Positions 13,741 to 27,208 of a stretch of DNA of 64,000 nucleotides are shown here, in pieces. The stretch is taken from the NCBI RefSeq assembly GCF_023055435.1, contig NW_025964223.1, positions 27,900,001 through 27,964,000 on the forward strand. The letters run 5' to 3'. Position 1 is the stretch's first letter. Each line of letters begins with the position of its first letter. The notes beneath the pieces are model-generated. The model was not told where the DNA came from. It ran no database searches and saw only the letters and a program-made list of their open reading frames with translations. The translations under genes were made by a program, and so were the position numbers. The stretch comes from Haliotis rufescens (taxonomy: Eukaryota).

Positions 13741-14570
13741 TACACTCTTGAAACGGAACGTATAATGACCCAAATTGCCCGAGATCTTCTGAGTACCTTA
13801 ATTGCACTACGTAATAGATTCAAATCTGTTCCTGGTATCAACTGAGAATTACGTACAATAACGGGAAGGCAAACTTAAATCTACCGATAAAACCGGCTCT
13901 ATGCAGCCGGCCTGTCAAGGGTTTGACCCTCCTAGCTTACCAGAGGCGACAGAGATTGGGGTTGCTAGGCACAACAAGGGACGGGCTGTGCGCCAACGGC
14001 GGTACATCATTTTACAGTAGAATCAAGGTTTTGTTTCCGATGCAAAGATGGCAGAAAATGTTGTTGGCGACCAAGCGGCGATCTGTATGCCAGGACAATA
14101 ATTCCTGATCTTGATCGGATTTAAGGGGGTGGAGTCATGGTTATAGGGCGGCATCACACATGACAGGCGAACGTATGCGGTTACTGAGAATGAACATTTG
14201 ACTGGCCGGCGATATGTTGAAAGTTTGCGTCCTGTCGTTGATCCATTCGCTGGAATTATCGGCAGAAATTTTGAACTGCAGGATGGCAATGTCATTTCAC
14301 ATTGTTCTCAGGTCGTCATCGGTTATCTCCGACGATAAGGCACCCGGACATTGGACTGGCCCACTGAGATGTCCTCAAATAAAGCTTCTTTAGGGACTCA
14401 GCCACGTGGCCCAGCTTGGGGTAGCTACTCAGGCGGAATGGCGGGCAATGCCAAAGGCAACCATACGCAAGTTAATCAACAGTGTGCCATCGAGGTGTCG
14501 TGAATGTATCGCCGAACATGGTGGACACACCAGGTAAAGATCTACACGCTCGAAACTAACATTTCACAGA
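13741..14570 (+). mobile_element. Decayed Tc1/mariner transposase relic
   Basis: Frameshifted fragments: GVMV.GGIT, LTGRRY, ELQDGN (QDDNA-like), LDWP, and a C-terminal RCRECIAEHGGHTR. Confidence 0.65.
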
Positions 14571-15050
14571 CATTTATCGGCAGGATATCGTCACTCTAAT
14601 TTCATCAGTTCCTTATTTTATACCCGTAGCATTTGTTATTGGTTACTTGTGTATGATCATTGCTCACTATAAGTGCTTCATTTTCGCACCGTATGTGTTA
14701 ATAGGACAGAATAATGTAACATACATATAAATATTATATCACCGTAAGATACCTGATCCAGTTGGAAATGATTATGATCAAATATGTTTATTAACCTTCT
14801 GTATTTACACAACGAAATGATGTTTCGATTTTAAGGATATTTTCACCCGATGACTGGTAGATTTTCATTCAATCTGAAAAAAAACCAAATTAAACGAAAG
14901 CATTATAACTTATAACAAAAATATCTCAGGCTTTAAGGATTTGTCTGTGTTCAGTTACAAATTTCGTATTGCAAATAAATCATCACACTAATGAAGTACA
15001 GTGAGGTACAGGGAACTATTGGACAAGGAACATCGTAAGTGAAGGCAGAC

Positions 15051-16826
15051 TTATGAATTTAGATTTCTGTATTCGTTCAATGCGAAGTTCTAGCACCTGC
15101 ACCGAAAAACCGCATTGCAAAAATAAAGAAATGTCAACTTTGTCTTCACTGACTCTGCAACGTTGAAAATGCCGCATTAAATGTCTCTGTGTGAATATAA
15201 CATTAAATACATCCATGATTAACTATGTACAACTGATGCCTCAGTGGAACAAAAGTACACCGGAAAAATTGCCTGATGTTCTCGATAGGTTACCGGTTAT
15301 ACTTATGATGTTAAATGTTTACATGTATGCACATAACTTTACTAGCAGGGTTGAACACATCTTCCCGAGGCAAGGGAGTTAACTCACTGTAAAAGTCCAC
15401 TTTCCACCCTTGCCACCCTTGCCAAGATGTAACTCCGGAATTCAAGCCTAGTTCGGTAAGGTTGAAAATTGGACTTTTATAGTAAGTTAACAGCCTTGCC
15501 TCAGGACGATGAGCTGAAAACGAATGTGATAGTTTTACACTGGATATCATCAACAATGATATGCAATATGCAAAAAGCGTATAAATAACGTACGGTCTTT
15601 CACACAGATAGTGATATTTCAGTGAACATTCAGCGTCGGCATACTTGTGTGCTCCCTTGCCATACAACTTGACACAGTCCTCTTGTTTCGTCTTCGGTTG
15701 GTTAGGCTCACCATGAGCCCAGTCAAGGAAAGTGGCATTTTTTCGGGTGGACTCCCACACAAACACACCCTCATGCCTCACGTCAGCAAGTCCGATCCAC
15801 ACGTCTTCAGTGGCTTGAAACAACGGAGGTGTAGCATTAAAAGTTTGAGTTATATCATTCATCAATGTATCTTTGTTGCCATACACGACTGTGATCTAAG
15901 TTTGTACGTAAGCCAGATAATAATGATGATGAAACGAATGAAGACATACAAATACATTTTCCTTGTGTTTCGTTTGATAGTTAATGAAGAACTACTAAGT
16001 TAGGAAGTCAGGCACAAATTCAGAGCTTTGAACACGAAGCTACACCAGCGTACATAATTAGTAAATCCATTAAAAGAAAGTACATGTACATTTACAGGAA
16101 ATTAAATGAAAGGTCGAAAAGTGTACATTGCGCATTCCAATTTATACACTTAAAGCTGTAATAGAGAGGTGGAGCTTAAACATAAATATCGGTGAAACTT
16201 TGTCTTGTTTTAGATACTTACTTAAAACATTAAATTCGGTGATCAATTCTTGCAGATAGCCATTTTCACGTTTTGTCTCAATAGACGCAAGATATCCTCC
16301 TTGTTCTTCGCACATAAACTAAAAACGGAAGAATGACAATGGAACAGACTGAGCACTGGTAGAGAGGGCGACAGCTTAATCATGAAAACTTGTACTTCGA
16401 CATTGTAAGTCATGATTATAAGGAAGCGCCTACTTTTGGTTGTAAAGCATACGTTAATGTCATATGCAATAACATTTAGTGGCGTGGACACTACACAATT
16501 ACTGAGGAAGGTGACGAATTAATAGAGACTATAGGTCAGAAGTATATTCAATTAACACATGTTCTTATGTCATGTACGTACCACGGCCTCTGGCCATGCT
16601 TGAGGGTGATTTCGGAACAGTCGGTAGCAGGAGTTGTCATACCTCACCCAACCATTTGGACATTCGCCAGATACTGTTGGACAACGTTACATTAAATATA
16701 TAAAGATCAAATAAAGAGAAATGCTTCACTACGACACAAATAATACAGTTCCATGCACATTTGCCAGTGTTACCTACCTGTTACCGATATAATAATCACA
16801 CAAAGTGCTGAAACAAAGACACTCAT
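15051..16826 (-). CDS. Secreted C-type lectin 3 (~157 aa); exons 16826-16778, 16673-16582, 16318-16222, 15813-15594, last exon tentative (15066-15051)
   Basis: MSVFVSALCVIIISVT-VSGECPNGWVRYDNSCY...FMCEEQGGYLASIET...VWIGLAD...EPNQ...EDC...YADAEC...YLCERP. Exon sizes 49/92/97/220 are identical to lectin 2. Confidence 0.88.
15358..15511. mobile_element. Internally deleted copy of the long-TIR MITE at 37128
   Basis: Same CATCTTCCCGAGGCAAGGGAGTTAAC... left TIR, with a degenerate right TIR. Confidence 0.7.
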
Positions 16827-17343
16827 ATCTGCTCTCCCGTTGGAATAATGTCCCCAACAACGATATAATCAGATTTATGTGAATGAGCCGGGCCTATATT
16901 TTCACGTGACCGACTATCTCGCCGCCTGTTTCCAGAGGTACATTTCCCAAAAAGATTCCGATTGATTTATTCCACCGTTTTGCATAAGCTACTGGACTGG
17001 CATCTACATCAATAAATTTTATTTATCGTTCACCAGAGTAAAGTATTCATACTCTTAACTTAAACATTGGCCTTTTTTGAATAATTGTAATGTTAAATTG
17101 ATTATAAATTATAATAATTGGCTTCTTCCAGAATTATATCTCCGGCTACCAACTTTAATACTCATGCAGTAAGAGATAGTAACACCCCTAAGGCACTACT
17201 ATCACCATATCTCTAACCTGGAAAGGGTAGTTGAGTGACAATTAATAGGCCAAAACCATATGTATATTTTCAGACTCAATCATATCTCGTAGGAAAGAAA
17301 AAAAGACATCGCACGAGGTGTATGATACCTAATGTTCGTGAAA

Positions 17344-20300
17344 CTAGCTGTATCGCATGGTGTGAAACTAGTGAACATGCTCTTTCCTAGCTGTATCGCA
17401 TGGTGTGAAACTAGTGAACATACTCTTTCCTAGCTGTATCGCATGGTGTGAAACTAGTGAACATACTCTTTCCTAGCTGTATCGCATGGTGTGAAACTAG
17501 TGAACATACTCTTTCCTAGCTGTATCGCATGGTGTGAAACTAGTGAACATGCTCTTTCCTAGCTGTATCGCATGGTGTGAAACTAGTGAGCATGCTCTTT
17601 CCTAGCTGTATCGCATGGTGTGAAACTAGTGAACATGCTCTTTCCTAGCTGTATCGCATGGTGTGAAACGAGTGAACATGCTCTTTCCTAGCTGTATCGC
17701 ATGGTGTGAAACTAGTGAACATGCTCTTTCCTAGCTGTATCGCATGGTGTGAAACGAGTGAACATGCTCTTTCCTAGCTGTATCGCATGGTGTGAAACTA
17801 GTGAGCATGCTCTTTCCTAGCTGTATCGCATGGTGTGAAACTAGTGAACATGCTCTTTCCTAGCTGTATCGCATGGTGTGAAACGAGTGAACATGCTCTT
17901 TCCTAGCTGTATCGCATGGTGTGAAACTAGTGAACATGCTCTTTCCTAGCTGTATCGCATGGTGTGAAACTAGTGAACATGCTCTTTCCTAGCTGTATCG
18001 CATGGTGTGAAACGAGTGAACATGCTCTTTCCTAGCTGTATCGCATGGTGTGAAACGAGTGAACATGCTCTTTCCTAGCTGTATCGCATGGTGTGAAACT
18101 AGTGAACATGCTCTTTCCTAGCTGTATCGCATGGTGTGAAACTAGTGAACATGCTCTTTCCTAGCTGTATCGCATGGTGTGAAACGAGTGAACATGCTCT
18201 TTCCTAGCTGTATCGCATGGTGTGAAACGAGTGAACATGCTCTTTCCTAGCTGTATCGCATGGTGTGAAACGAGTGAACATGCTCTTTCCTAGCTGTATC
18301 GCATGGTGTGAAACTAGTGAACATGCTCTTTCCTAGCTGTATCGCATGGTGTGAAACTAGTGAACATGCTCTTTCCTAGCTGTATCGCATGGTGTGAAAC
18401 GAGTGAACATGCTCTTTCCTAGCTGTATCGCATGGTGTGAAACGAGTGAACATGCTCTTTCCTAGCTGTATCGCATGGTGTGAAACTAGTGAACATGCTC
18501 TTTCCTAGCTGTATCGCATGGTGTGAAACGAGTGAACATGCTCTTTCCTAGCTGTATCGCATGGTGTGAAACGAGTGAACATGCTCTTTCCTAGCTGTAT
18601 CGCATGGTGTGAAACTAGTGAACATGCTCTTTCCTAGCTGTATCGCATGGTGTGAAACTAGTGAACATGCTCTTTCCTAGCTGTATCGCATGGTGTGAAA
18701 CGAGTGAACATGCTCTTTCCTAGCTGTATCGCATGGTGTGAAACGAGTGAACATGCTCTTTCCTAGCTGTATCGCATGGTGTGAAACTAGTGAACATGCT
18801 CTTTCCTAGCTGTATCGCATGGTGTGAAACGAGTGAACATGCTCTTTCCTAGCTGTATCGCATGGTGTGAAACTAGTGAACATGCTCTTTCCTAGCTGTA
18901 TCGCATGGTGTGAAACTAGTGAACATGCTCTTTCCTAGCTGTATCGCATGGTGTGAAACTAGTGAACATGCTCTTTCCTAGCTGTATCGCATGGTGTGAA
19001 ACGAGTGAACATGCTCTTTCCTAGCTGTATCGCATGGTGTGAAACGAGTGAACATGCTCTTTCCTAGCTGTATCGCATGGTGTGAAACTAGTGAACATGC
19101 TCTTTCCTAGCTGTATCGCATGGTGTGAAACTAGTGAACATGCTCTTTCCTAGCTGTATCGCATGGTGTGAAACTAGTGAACATGCTCTTTCCTAGCTGT
19201 ATCGCATGGTGTGAAACTAGTGAACATGCTCTTTCCTAGCTGTATCGCATGGTGTGAAACTAGTGAACATGCTCTTTCCTAGCTGTATCGCATGGTGTGA
19301 AACGAGTGAACATGCTCTTTCCTAGCTGTATCGCATGGTGTGAAACTAGTGAACATGCTCTTTCCTAGCTGTATCGCATGGTGTGAAACGAGTGAACATG
19401 CTCTTTCCTAGCTGTATCGCATGGTGTGAAACGAGTGAACATGCTCTTTCCTAGCTGTATCGCATGGTGTGAAACGAGTGAACATGCTCTTTCCTAGCTG
19501 TATCGCATGGTGTGAAACTAGTGAACATGCTCTTTCCTAGCTGTATCGCATGGTGTGAAACTAGTGAACATGCTCTTTCCTAGCTGTATCGCATGGTGTG
19601 AAACTAGTGAACATGCTCTTTCCTAGCTGTATCGCATGGTGTGAAACGAGTGAACATGCTCTTTCCTAGCTGTATCGCATGGTGTGAAACTAGTGAACAT
19701 GCTCTTTCCTAGCTGTATCGCATGGTGTGAAACGAGTGAACATGCTCTTTCCTAGCTGTATCGCATGGTGTGAAACTAGTGAACATGCTCTTTCCTAGCT
19801 GTATCGCATGGTGTGAAACTAGTGAACATGCTCTTTCCTAGCTGTATCGCATGGTGTGAAACGAGTGAACATGCTCTTTCCTAGCTGTATCGCATGGTGT
19901 GAAACTAGTGAACATGCTCTTTCCTAGCTGTATCGCATGGTGTGAAACGAGTGAACATGCTCTTTCCTAGCTGTATCGCATGGTGTGAAACTAGTGAACA
20001 TGCTCTTTCCTAGCTGTATCGCATGGTGTGAAACTAGTGAACATGCTCTTTCCTAGCTGTATCGCATGGTGTGAAACGAGTGAACATGCTCTTTCCTAGC
20101 TGTATCGCATGGTGTGAAACTAGTGAACATGCTCTTTCCTAGCTGTATCGCATGGTGTGAAACTAGTGAGCATGCTCTTTCCTAGCTGTATCGCATGGTG
20201 TGAAACGAGTGAACATGCTCTTTCCTAGCTGTATCGCATGGTGTGAAACTAGTGAACATGCTCTTTCCTAGCTGTATCGCATGGTGTGAAACTAGTGAAC

Positions 20301-20374
20301 ATGCTCTTTCCTAGCTGTATCGCATGGTGTGAAACGAGTGAACATGCTCTTTCCTAGCTGTATCGCATGGTGTG
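17344..20374. repeat. Highly homogeneous 43-bp tandem satellite, ~70 copies
   Basis: Unit CTAGCTGTATCGCATGGTGTGAAAC(T/G)AGTGAACATGCTCTTTC, with no spacers. Confidence 0.98.
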
Positions 20375-20879
20375 GAGATCGATGAGTTTGATGACGTTGT
20401 ACATTTAACCTAATTGCAACTACATATATTTGTATAAAGCATTTAGATGCATTAGAGTCAAATATTTGTTTAAAAAAACACCTGAGGGAACATCATTTTA
20501 ATATGTAGGGAGGGTGGTGGTGTATTTTGAGAAAAATCTATTTTTGCCCCAGCTATATCCAACAAACTATTTATTTACTGATCATGAACACCATCAAACA
20601 TTCTATTCATTTTCACAATGAACATAAAATGTTTTGTGACCTGGTTGAGGGCGTGATGTATTTCACCCCTGACCCATACTGGTGGTACATATCAAGGACA
20701 TCACATCTGTACCAGCCTCTAGATGGAATAATCACACTACCATCAAAGTGACTGCATTCCATTGCTAAAACTTCTGGTGCCTTTTCAAATTGGACCCGAG
20801 GCGCACAAACTGTCCTCAGTCCTTAACATCGTTCATTGGCGTGTTGGTTTCTGAAAGTACAGTGCTTTGATACATCCTT

Positions 20880-21680
20880 TACCAGGTATGAAGCAATTCC
20901 GGAAGTGTATACGCAGTATGTCCATCTCCGCCCCTATTCTGTTGGTCATTTGAATGGGGCGTCGGTAGCACTGTCCAACTTATCTTTGCAATGACTACTC
21001 TGTCCCGATAGACACAACTAGACACAACAAATAGGTTTGAAATATTCTTGAAGAAACAGATCAGCAAGAAGGGGATCACAGTTGGTGCCCATGGGGATGC
21101 CTACTTCTTGCCTAAAAGTCTTGTACCCAGCAAGCGTCATGGGGTTATAACGATCATCACAATATTCATCGTTGCGTCCACTTACGAACTTGAACTTCGT
21201 GTTGTACCAAGTTTACAGTTGTTAGATATGTCGTCTCAACCGATGCAATCTCGTGTAGTGAACCGTTCGTGCTCCGCGAGTGAACAGACGGTGATGGTGA
21301 TTACAACCAGTTCCATTGAAGATAAACCATCTGCTGACTCGGGGGAGTCGATCGTCTCGCGAGCCCCCCTCACCTACGCTGAACCGAGTTTGAAGCTTGA
21401 TTTTTGTGTAGATTAAATATATATGGTCGAAATATAAAATCAACTCCGGATGTTGTAATCACACGCCCTCCTTATACGAACAAGGTCTTCTTTCAATGTT
21501 GTCCCCGTCATATACTGTTTTGTTACAACGAGTATATTCAGAAACGTACATGTATCTCGCGAGTTTGATAGGTCTGAAATACACTCGTAATAAAACGGTA
21601 TCCAAAGGAGACGACCAGCTTGCACATTCACCCGTCCGTGCTATTGGCTCGACCATTGATCGTGATGTAAAGGGGTTATG
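20880..21680 (-). mobile_element. Decayed reverse-transcriptase relic (Penelope-like)
   Basis: The minus strand of ~21040-21101 encodes GIPMGTNCDPLLADLFLQEY, a typical RT motif of this group. The rest is broken by frameshifts and the limits are approximate. Confidence 0.65.
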
Positions 21681-22296
21681 ATGACGATGAGTGTTGTTCG
21701 TATTGTAGATAAGTCGCGACTCCTAGTGATGACAAGAATAAGGGAACTAAACATTGAAGGGTTACATTTCATTTTGTGTCCAGTTGCAACATTGCGTTCT
21801 AAATTTAATTCAACAAATGTAATATTTGTCAGAATCTTTCTATTTCTTTAGTACACATGCCTTACGTTTTAAGTCCTTGTATGTTGTTTTTGCTCGTTGA
21901 TCTTCCAATATTTACTCAATCGTGGATATCAAATAGTTTATTGATCTGGTTATGTATAATGCACTTGTCCGAGTCCATAAAGATTTCATGGACATATTGA
22001 GAAATGTTTTTCACAGGCTCAAGGATACGTTTTTATTCCATAAACTGTTTTTGTGTGTTTTTATTCAATCACGTGTATGGAGTAGGATTATTTACGCTTT
22101 AAGTGTAATTTCATGCACACATGAGAGTTGGAGGATAAACGTGTATGAACATACATGCACCAAATGTTTCATTATATAAGAGTCCAATGCAATAAACTTA
22201 GACATATCAATTGTGTGTTACGGAGTTTATTTCCTGAACGACTTGTAACAATGCATGATATTATACACGGGTGTCGCTGGTGACGGAATTCAAACA

Positions 22297-24256
22297 TTAT
22301 CCCGACACACTTGCTTGTAATCTGAAACGTAAAGTGAACATGAGTGATATTGAGACGAATATCATAATTGTAATTTCATAATATAAACTTTAATTCAGTA
22401 CGTGTTGAAATGGGTTTTTTAGGTTTTGGACCTAATCCCGTTATATATCAATCGAGAATTCAGAAATTCATCTACATTCATTCACTAATCTCATATTTCA
22501 GGTAATCAAAAGCTCTTACACGTGCCTTGTACCGCATGGTACGTTCTTACTAATGATGATGATACGTACGGCCTTTCACACAGGTAGTAGTACTTAATTT
22601 CACATCTATCATCGGCCCATGTATGTCCGCGTTTCCCGTACAGTATGACACAGTCTTGTTGAGTTGTTCCTGTTTGGTTAGGCTCAGTACTCCCCCAGTT
22701 GAAGAACGTGGCGTTCTTCCTGTCAACCTCCCAAACCCACACATTCTCCTCTCGGACATCTGACAGGCCGATCCACACGTTGTCGGTATCTATAGGATAT
22801 TCAAACATAATGATTCTGATTTTAAACAGACGTAAGAATCCAAATTATGAAGTAATGAATTTTCTATATTACATTCAAACATACTGAATCCGTGTTTAAA
22901 AAAACATAAGAATCCAAATTATGAAATAATGAATTGTCTATATTTCATTCAAACATACTGAATCCGAGTTTAAAAAGACGTAAGAATCCAAATTATGAAG
23001 TAATGAATTGTCTATATTACATTCAAACATACTGAATCCGAGTTTAAAAAGACGTAAGAATCCAAATTATGAAATAATGAATTGTCTATATTACATTCAA
23101 ACATACTGAATCCGAGTTTAAAAAGACGTAGGAATCCATATTATGAAATAATGAATTGTCTACATTACATTCAAACATACTGAATCCGAGTTTAAAAAGA
23201 CATAAGGATGCAAATTATGAAGTTTTAGTAAAAAATACATATCTAAATGTTCCGATGGCAGCTTTTAAGAACAATACACATGAATGTTTCTCTCCCTTGA
23301 AACCCTGCATATGGAGGACATGCAAATAAGCTACTTGCAACTGTCAGATAGTTAGATATACAAGTAACGATGGACTAACTCTACCTGCGAGGTTCAGCTC
23401 CGCAACCAGCGCATGGACGTTTGTGCTTTCACGCTGTGTCTCTATTGACGCCAGATAAGCGTCCTCTTTTTCACATTCAAACTTTCGTGCAACAGAAATA
23501 AATGTTTGTACATGGAATGGCGTGTGCATTTCATTAATGTATGGATTTATAATTATAAAACCGCCAACAATGATATATAAATTGCAATTTTATGTACACA
23601 GTTTGTCTTTGTCCACATGTTTGTATGAGCCATAAATGAGACTTCACTTTAAATGCAAAATCATAACACACACTTCAACAGATGCACATTATATTTCAGG
23701 CTGATAATGGTTGTACATACCACTGCTTCCGGCCAAATCTTTTTGGAATCTCTAAAGAGTCTGTAGCAAGAGTCATCATACCGTGTCCAGCCATTGATAC
23801 ACTCGGACCAAACTGATGTGTTGAATTAAGCATGATGGGACATACTTGCATTTAATGCACACATTAGCGGCAAATCAAGCTATTGAAAGTTAGCACAGAG
23901 TCACATAAAGACGTGTTGAAGCAAACCAATAAACAGAAATTGAAATATTTGAAGATTAGTTTTGTTTTATTGAATTAATGTTTTTTTCAGAATTTGTATG
24001 TAAATGTTAACAAGATTAACAAACAGGGAGGATACATTAATCTTTTAACTTTCAGACATTTAACATATTTTGCGAGCCTTATATCGACGTTAAAGGAATT
24101 AAGGTGTTCCATATGTGTGCAGCGTAACACAATATCTGCACTTACATTTGTAACGTTTCCTTTGTTTATATTACCTTATTGTGAATTAGTTACATATAAC
24201 TTACCAGGTCCTATAACGACTGAAACACAGAGGAATGCTAACACAATGGACGCCAT
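22297..24256 (-). CDS. Secreted C-type lectin 4 (~161 aa); exons 24256-24205, 23812-23721, 23481-23385, 22789-22570, 22321-22297
   Basis: MASIVLAFLCVSVVIGP-VWSECINGWTRYDDSCY...FECEKEDAYLASIET...VWIGLSD...EPNQ...QDC...WADDRC...YLCERPLQASVSG*. Confidence 0.9.
22796..23222. repeat. 74-bp AT-rich minisatellite (~5.5 copies) in intron 3 of lectin 4
   Basis: AAGAATCCAAATTATG recurs at 22834, 22908, 22982 and 23056, with further degenerate copies. Confidence 0.93.
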
Positions 24257-25403
24257 AGCTGCCTGACACACAGAGGTGACACCTGGGGGTGTGAGAACAC
24301 AGGTGGTGCGGTCATTACCCGATCAGGTGGTCATGTGACTGTATTGCACATGCTCTTGGAATTTCTCTCTCAACCAACACAGGCGAGGGGAAAATGAATT
24401 TAGTTTATACACGTTTTTTTTACAATTGAGCTTATTGGCAATTGAAACGTTAATAATGGAAGAAAGCAGTGACATCGTGAAATGGAGTAACATGGCTCCT
24501 TCCAAACTTTTTCTTTTGAAACAAATCTCTTCTGAAGAAAAAATGGGGCTAAGACATTGAGGCAAGAAGTAGGCATCCACGTGGACACCAATTGTGTTCC
24601 CCTTTTTGAAGTCTTGAAGTCTACGGTCATTATACTGTCTGAGTGTACGTAGAGTTAAAACCCTACCATTTCGGTACAGTCTGTATCAACCAAAGCGTGT
24701 CCAGCTGGACTATGACGTAGTAAAGGGCACTGATACGTTAAGCAGACAGATTTTATATCACTTTTAAAAATATTTCTTAGAGAGGTTGGATTAAACGTTT
24801 TAAAAGCATAGTACATATATTATGTCGTACGACGATGAGAGTGGTCGTCATGCTGGTTCAATCACTGGTTCGTCTGCTACAGTTTCGAATATTCACACGC
24901 TACCGCGGTATAGCCGTGATATTGCTGTGACACAGACAAAACTCATTACTACCTACTCAAATTATTATTCGATCCAAAAGCAGCAGTTTTTGGCAACTAC
25001 ATTTGTTTATGACACATGAATTTAAGTACGTAAGTACCTATACCCAAACCAAGGCGATTACTAAGCCTTCTGCGTCAGATGTCATGTTTTGTGAATAAGA
25101 TTAAATGGAAGATTGACCCTGATATATTTAGACTCACCGATTAGCTTTGATAAAACAACCCGTGCTCTGAAATTCTCACGAACGTCTTAATCAGTAGGTT
25201 GTCCCCGTGTCAGTTGGTAGTATGGTATTCCTTGTCGTACCATTGCAGGCATTGCACGGTAACAATGTGAAGCCTCAAAGTACCAACTGATATTATGTAA
25301 ACACCAATATCGCTCACAACAAGATACCTACACCTTTCGCCTATCTACTTTACTAGAATCACAACTTGAATAACCATTTGGATCATTAATTGTTCTGTTA
25401 AGG

Positions 25404-25759
25404 TGAGGTGAGGTGAAATTGGGTTTAACGTCGCGTCCAAGATTATTGCACTTATATAGCGACGTGCATGCACGTGTATGTTTGTGTGTGGCTGCTTGTA
25501 CTAGTCCTGACTGATGCCGATTTATAGTGCTAGCTCACTGAGATACCATGCCGCAGTTTAACATGAATACCCCACTCAGACACAGTATACTGACTCCGAG
25601 CCGACCAGTCCTTGTTTTAGCCCCTTAATGCCGAGCGCCAGACAGGGTAACAACAAGTACAATCTTTTAACGTCTTTTTGTATGACGCGGCCCGGGGATC
25701 GAACCCTGGACCTTCCGCTCTCCGGGCGGACGCTCTACCACAAGACCACGGAGGCGGTC
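25404..25759 (-). mobile_element. Full-length tRNA-derived SINE (family A) with a 12-bp TSD
   Basis: GTTCTGTTAAGG occurs at 25392-25403 and 25760-25771. A- and B-boxes and a (TCACC)n tail are present. Confidence 0.92.
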
Positions 25760-27208
25760 GTTCTGTTAAGGGTTGAGGACAGAAGTTAGTGAATAACTAA
25801 TTAGTGCATAACTAGCTGTTTATAAGAAATGAGTGGAAGCATTAGGGTAGCTGTGTTCATGTGTGCTTGCGTACGTGCGTGCAATTCAGCAATTCAGCAA
25901 TTCAGCAATTCAGCAATTTTATAACCCTATTTTATTTATGTCTTTGATTTGCCTCAAAGAACGCAAACGTTTCTGACACACATGTAAGTATCAAACTATG
26001 AAACAATCACAGCGTAGCAGTAATGGCTGTGATTGCATCTGTACACTCACATGAATGACAAACATTACATGTTTGTAGCGTAAATATTGTCAATATGAAA
26101 CCTGTGACATGATTTATCGATAACGTGTTTAAACAAAACGGAGAATGGTCTTACATGTACAGGGTTATAGCTAGAGTGTACAGTCATGTAACATAAACCG
26201 TTAACTATGGAGGAATCTTGTTAATGAAACTATCATTTATGCAAATACTAAGAACCATTATGACCCACACATGTATCAAATAAAGCAAGCATGTCCCGTT
26301 ATAAGAGAATTCATACGAAATTAACATATCATGTACCCGGAATATCGACCTGCTTTACAACTTTGTGTGAAAGTCTCTTTACGCAGTAAACTTTCGAAAG
26401 GGTGCACGTTCTGGAATAAGCATGCTTTCGACCCTGACAGCAACATTATTTAACATTGTGAAACGCTTATATCAGAAAGAACTGCGTTATTCTCTTCTCT
26501 CATTGAGTTACTTGACGTTCAAATATTTGTTGATTTCGAAATGTCAGACGAAACAGAAATGTCATCATTCTTATTTGGGGCTGAAACAGAATTTATTAAA
26601 AATCTGGATCAACACATCTGGGAAACTATCATGCTACAATTCGCCTAGTATCTTTACAAACTAAAGCATCTCTTGATATGTATCTTAAAGTGGATATCTG
26701 TCTTCGTATTGATATTTGAATTTCATAAGCTGTGCGGAATTGTAAAGATGCTATGCCTTTCTGTATTGTCATAGCCGCGTGTTATTGAATATATTTTCAT
26801 TGTAATCTTCGGAATAACATCTGTAAGAAATAAAGAATCTCTCTCGCCATGGAGTAAATGTTACATACTAGCACAGAGAACAGAACAAATGCATTCGTGA
26901 TACTGCGTTTACATTTAATTAACGTGGACTATATGAGTTTGCCTCATCGGGAATCGGTATACTAATGACGACTGTTGGTGTCATATTTTGCAAAACACAG
27001 AAATCTAGTTACTGCACTTCAGTTTAAACCATACGGTCGTGATGAAGAAGACGTGTATTGGACTGTACACTCTGTCAATTAAGTTAGGCAGCTTGAGCCT
27101 CCATCACCAGGAAGCTCTGGGTATAATTGGGGTCAGCTTCGGTGGAGCAGCCGACGTCCTTACGTCAGGGGAAATCTGACTTCCCAGGAGGGCATCAAAC
27201 CTGGGTGT

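Noticed and set aside
15311-15886. 191-aa single-exon lectin ORF (and similar ORF-track calls at 3561, 9775 and 22506)
   Set aside because: Only the central ~220 nt is exon 4 of a spliced gene; the flanks are intron read-through.
17344-20374. CRISPR-like regular array
   Set aside because: Units are contiguous with no unique spacers and no cas genes, and the context is eukaryotic.
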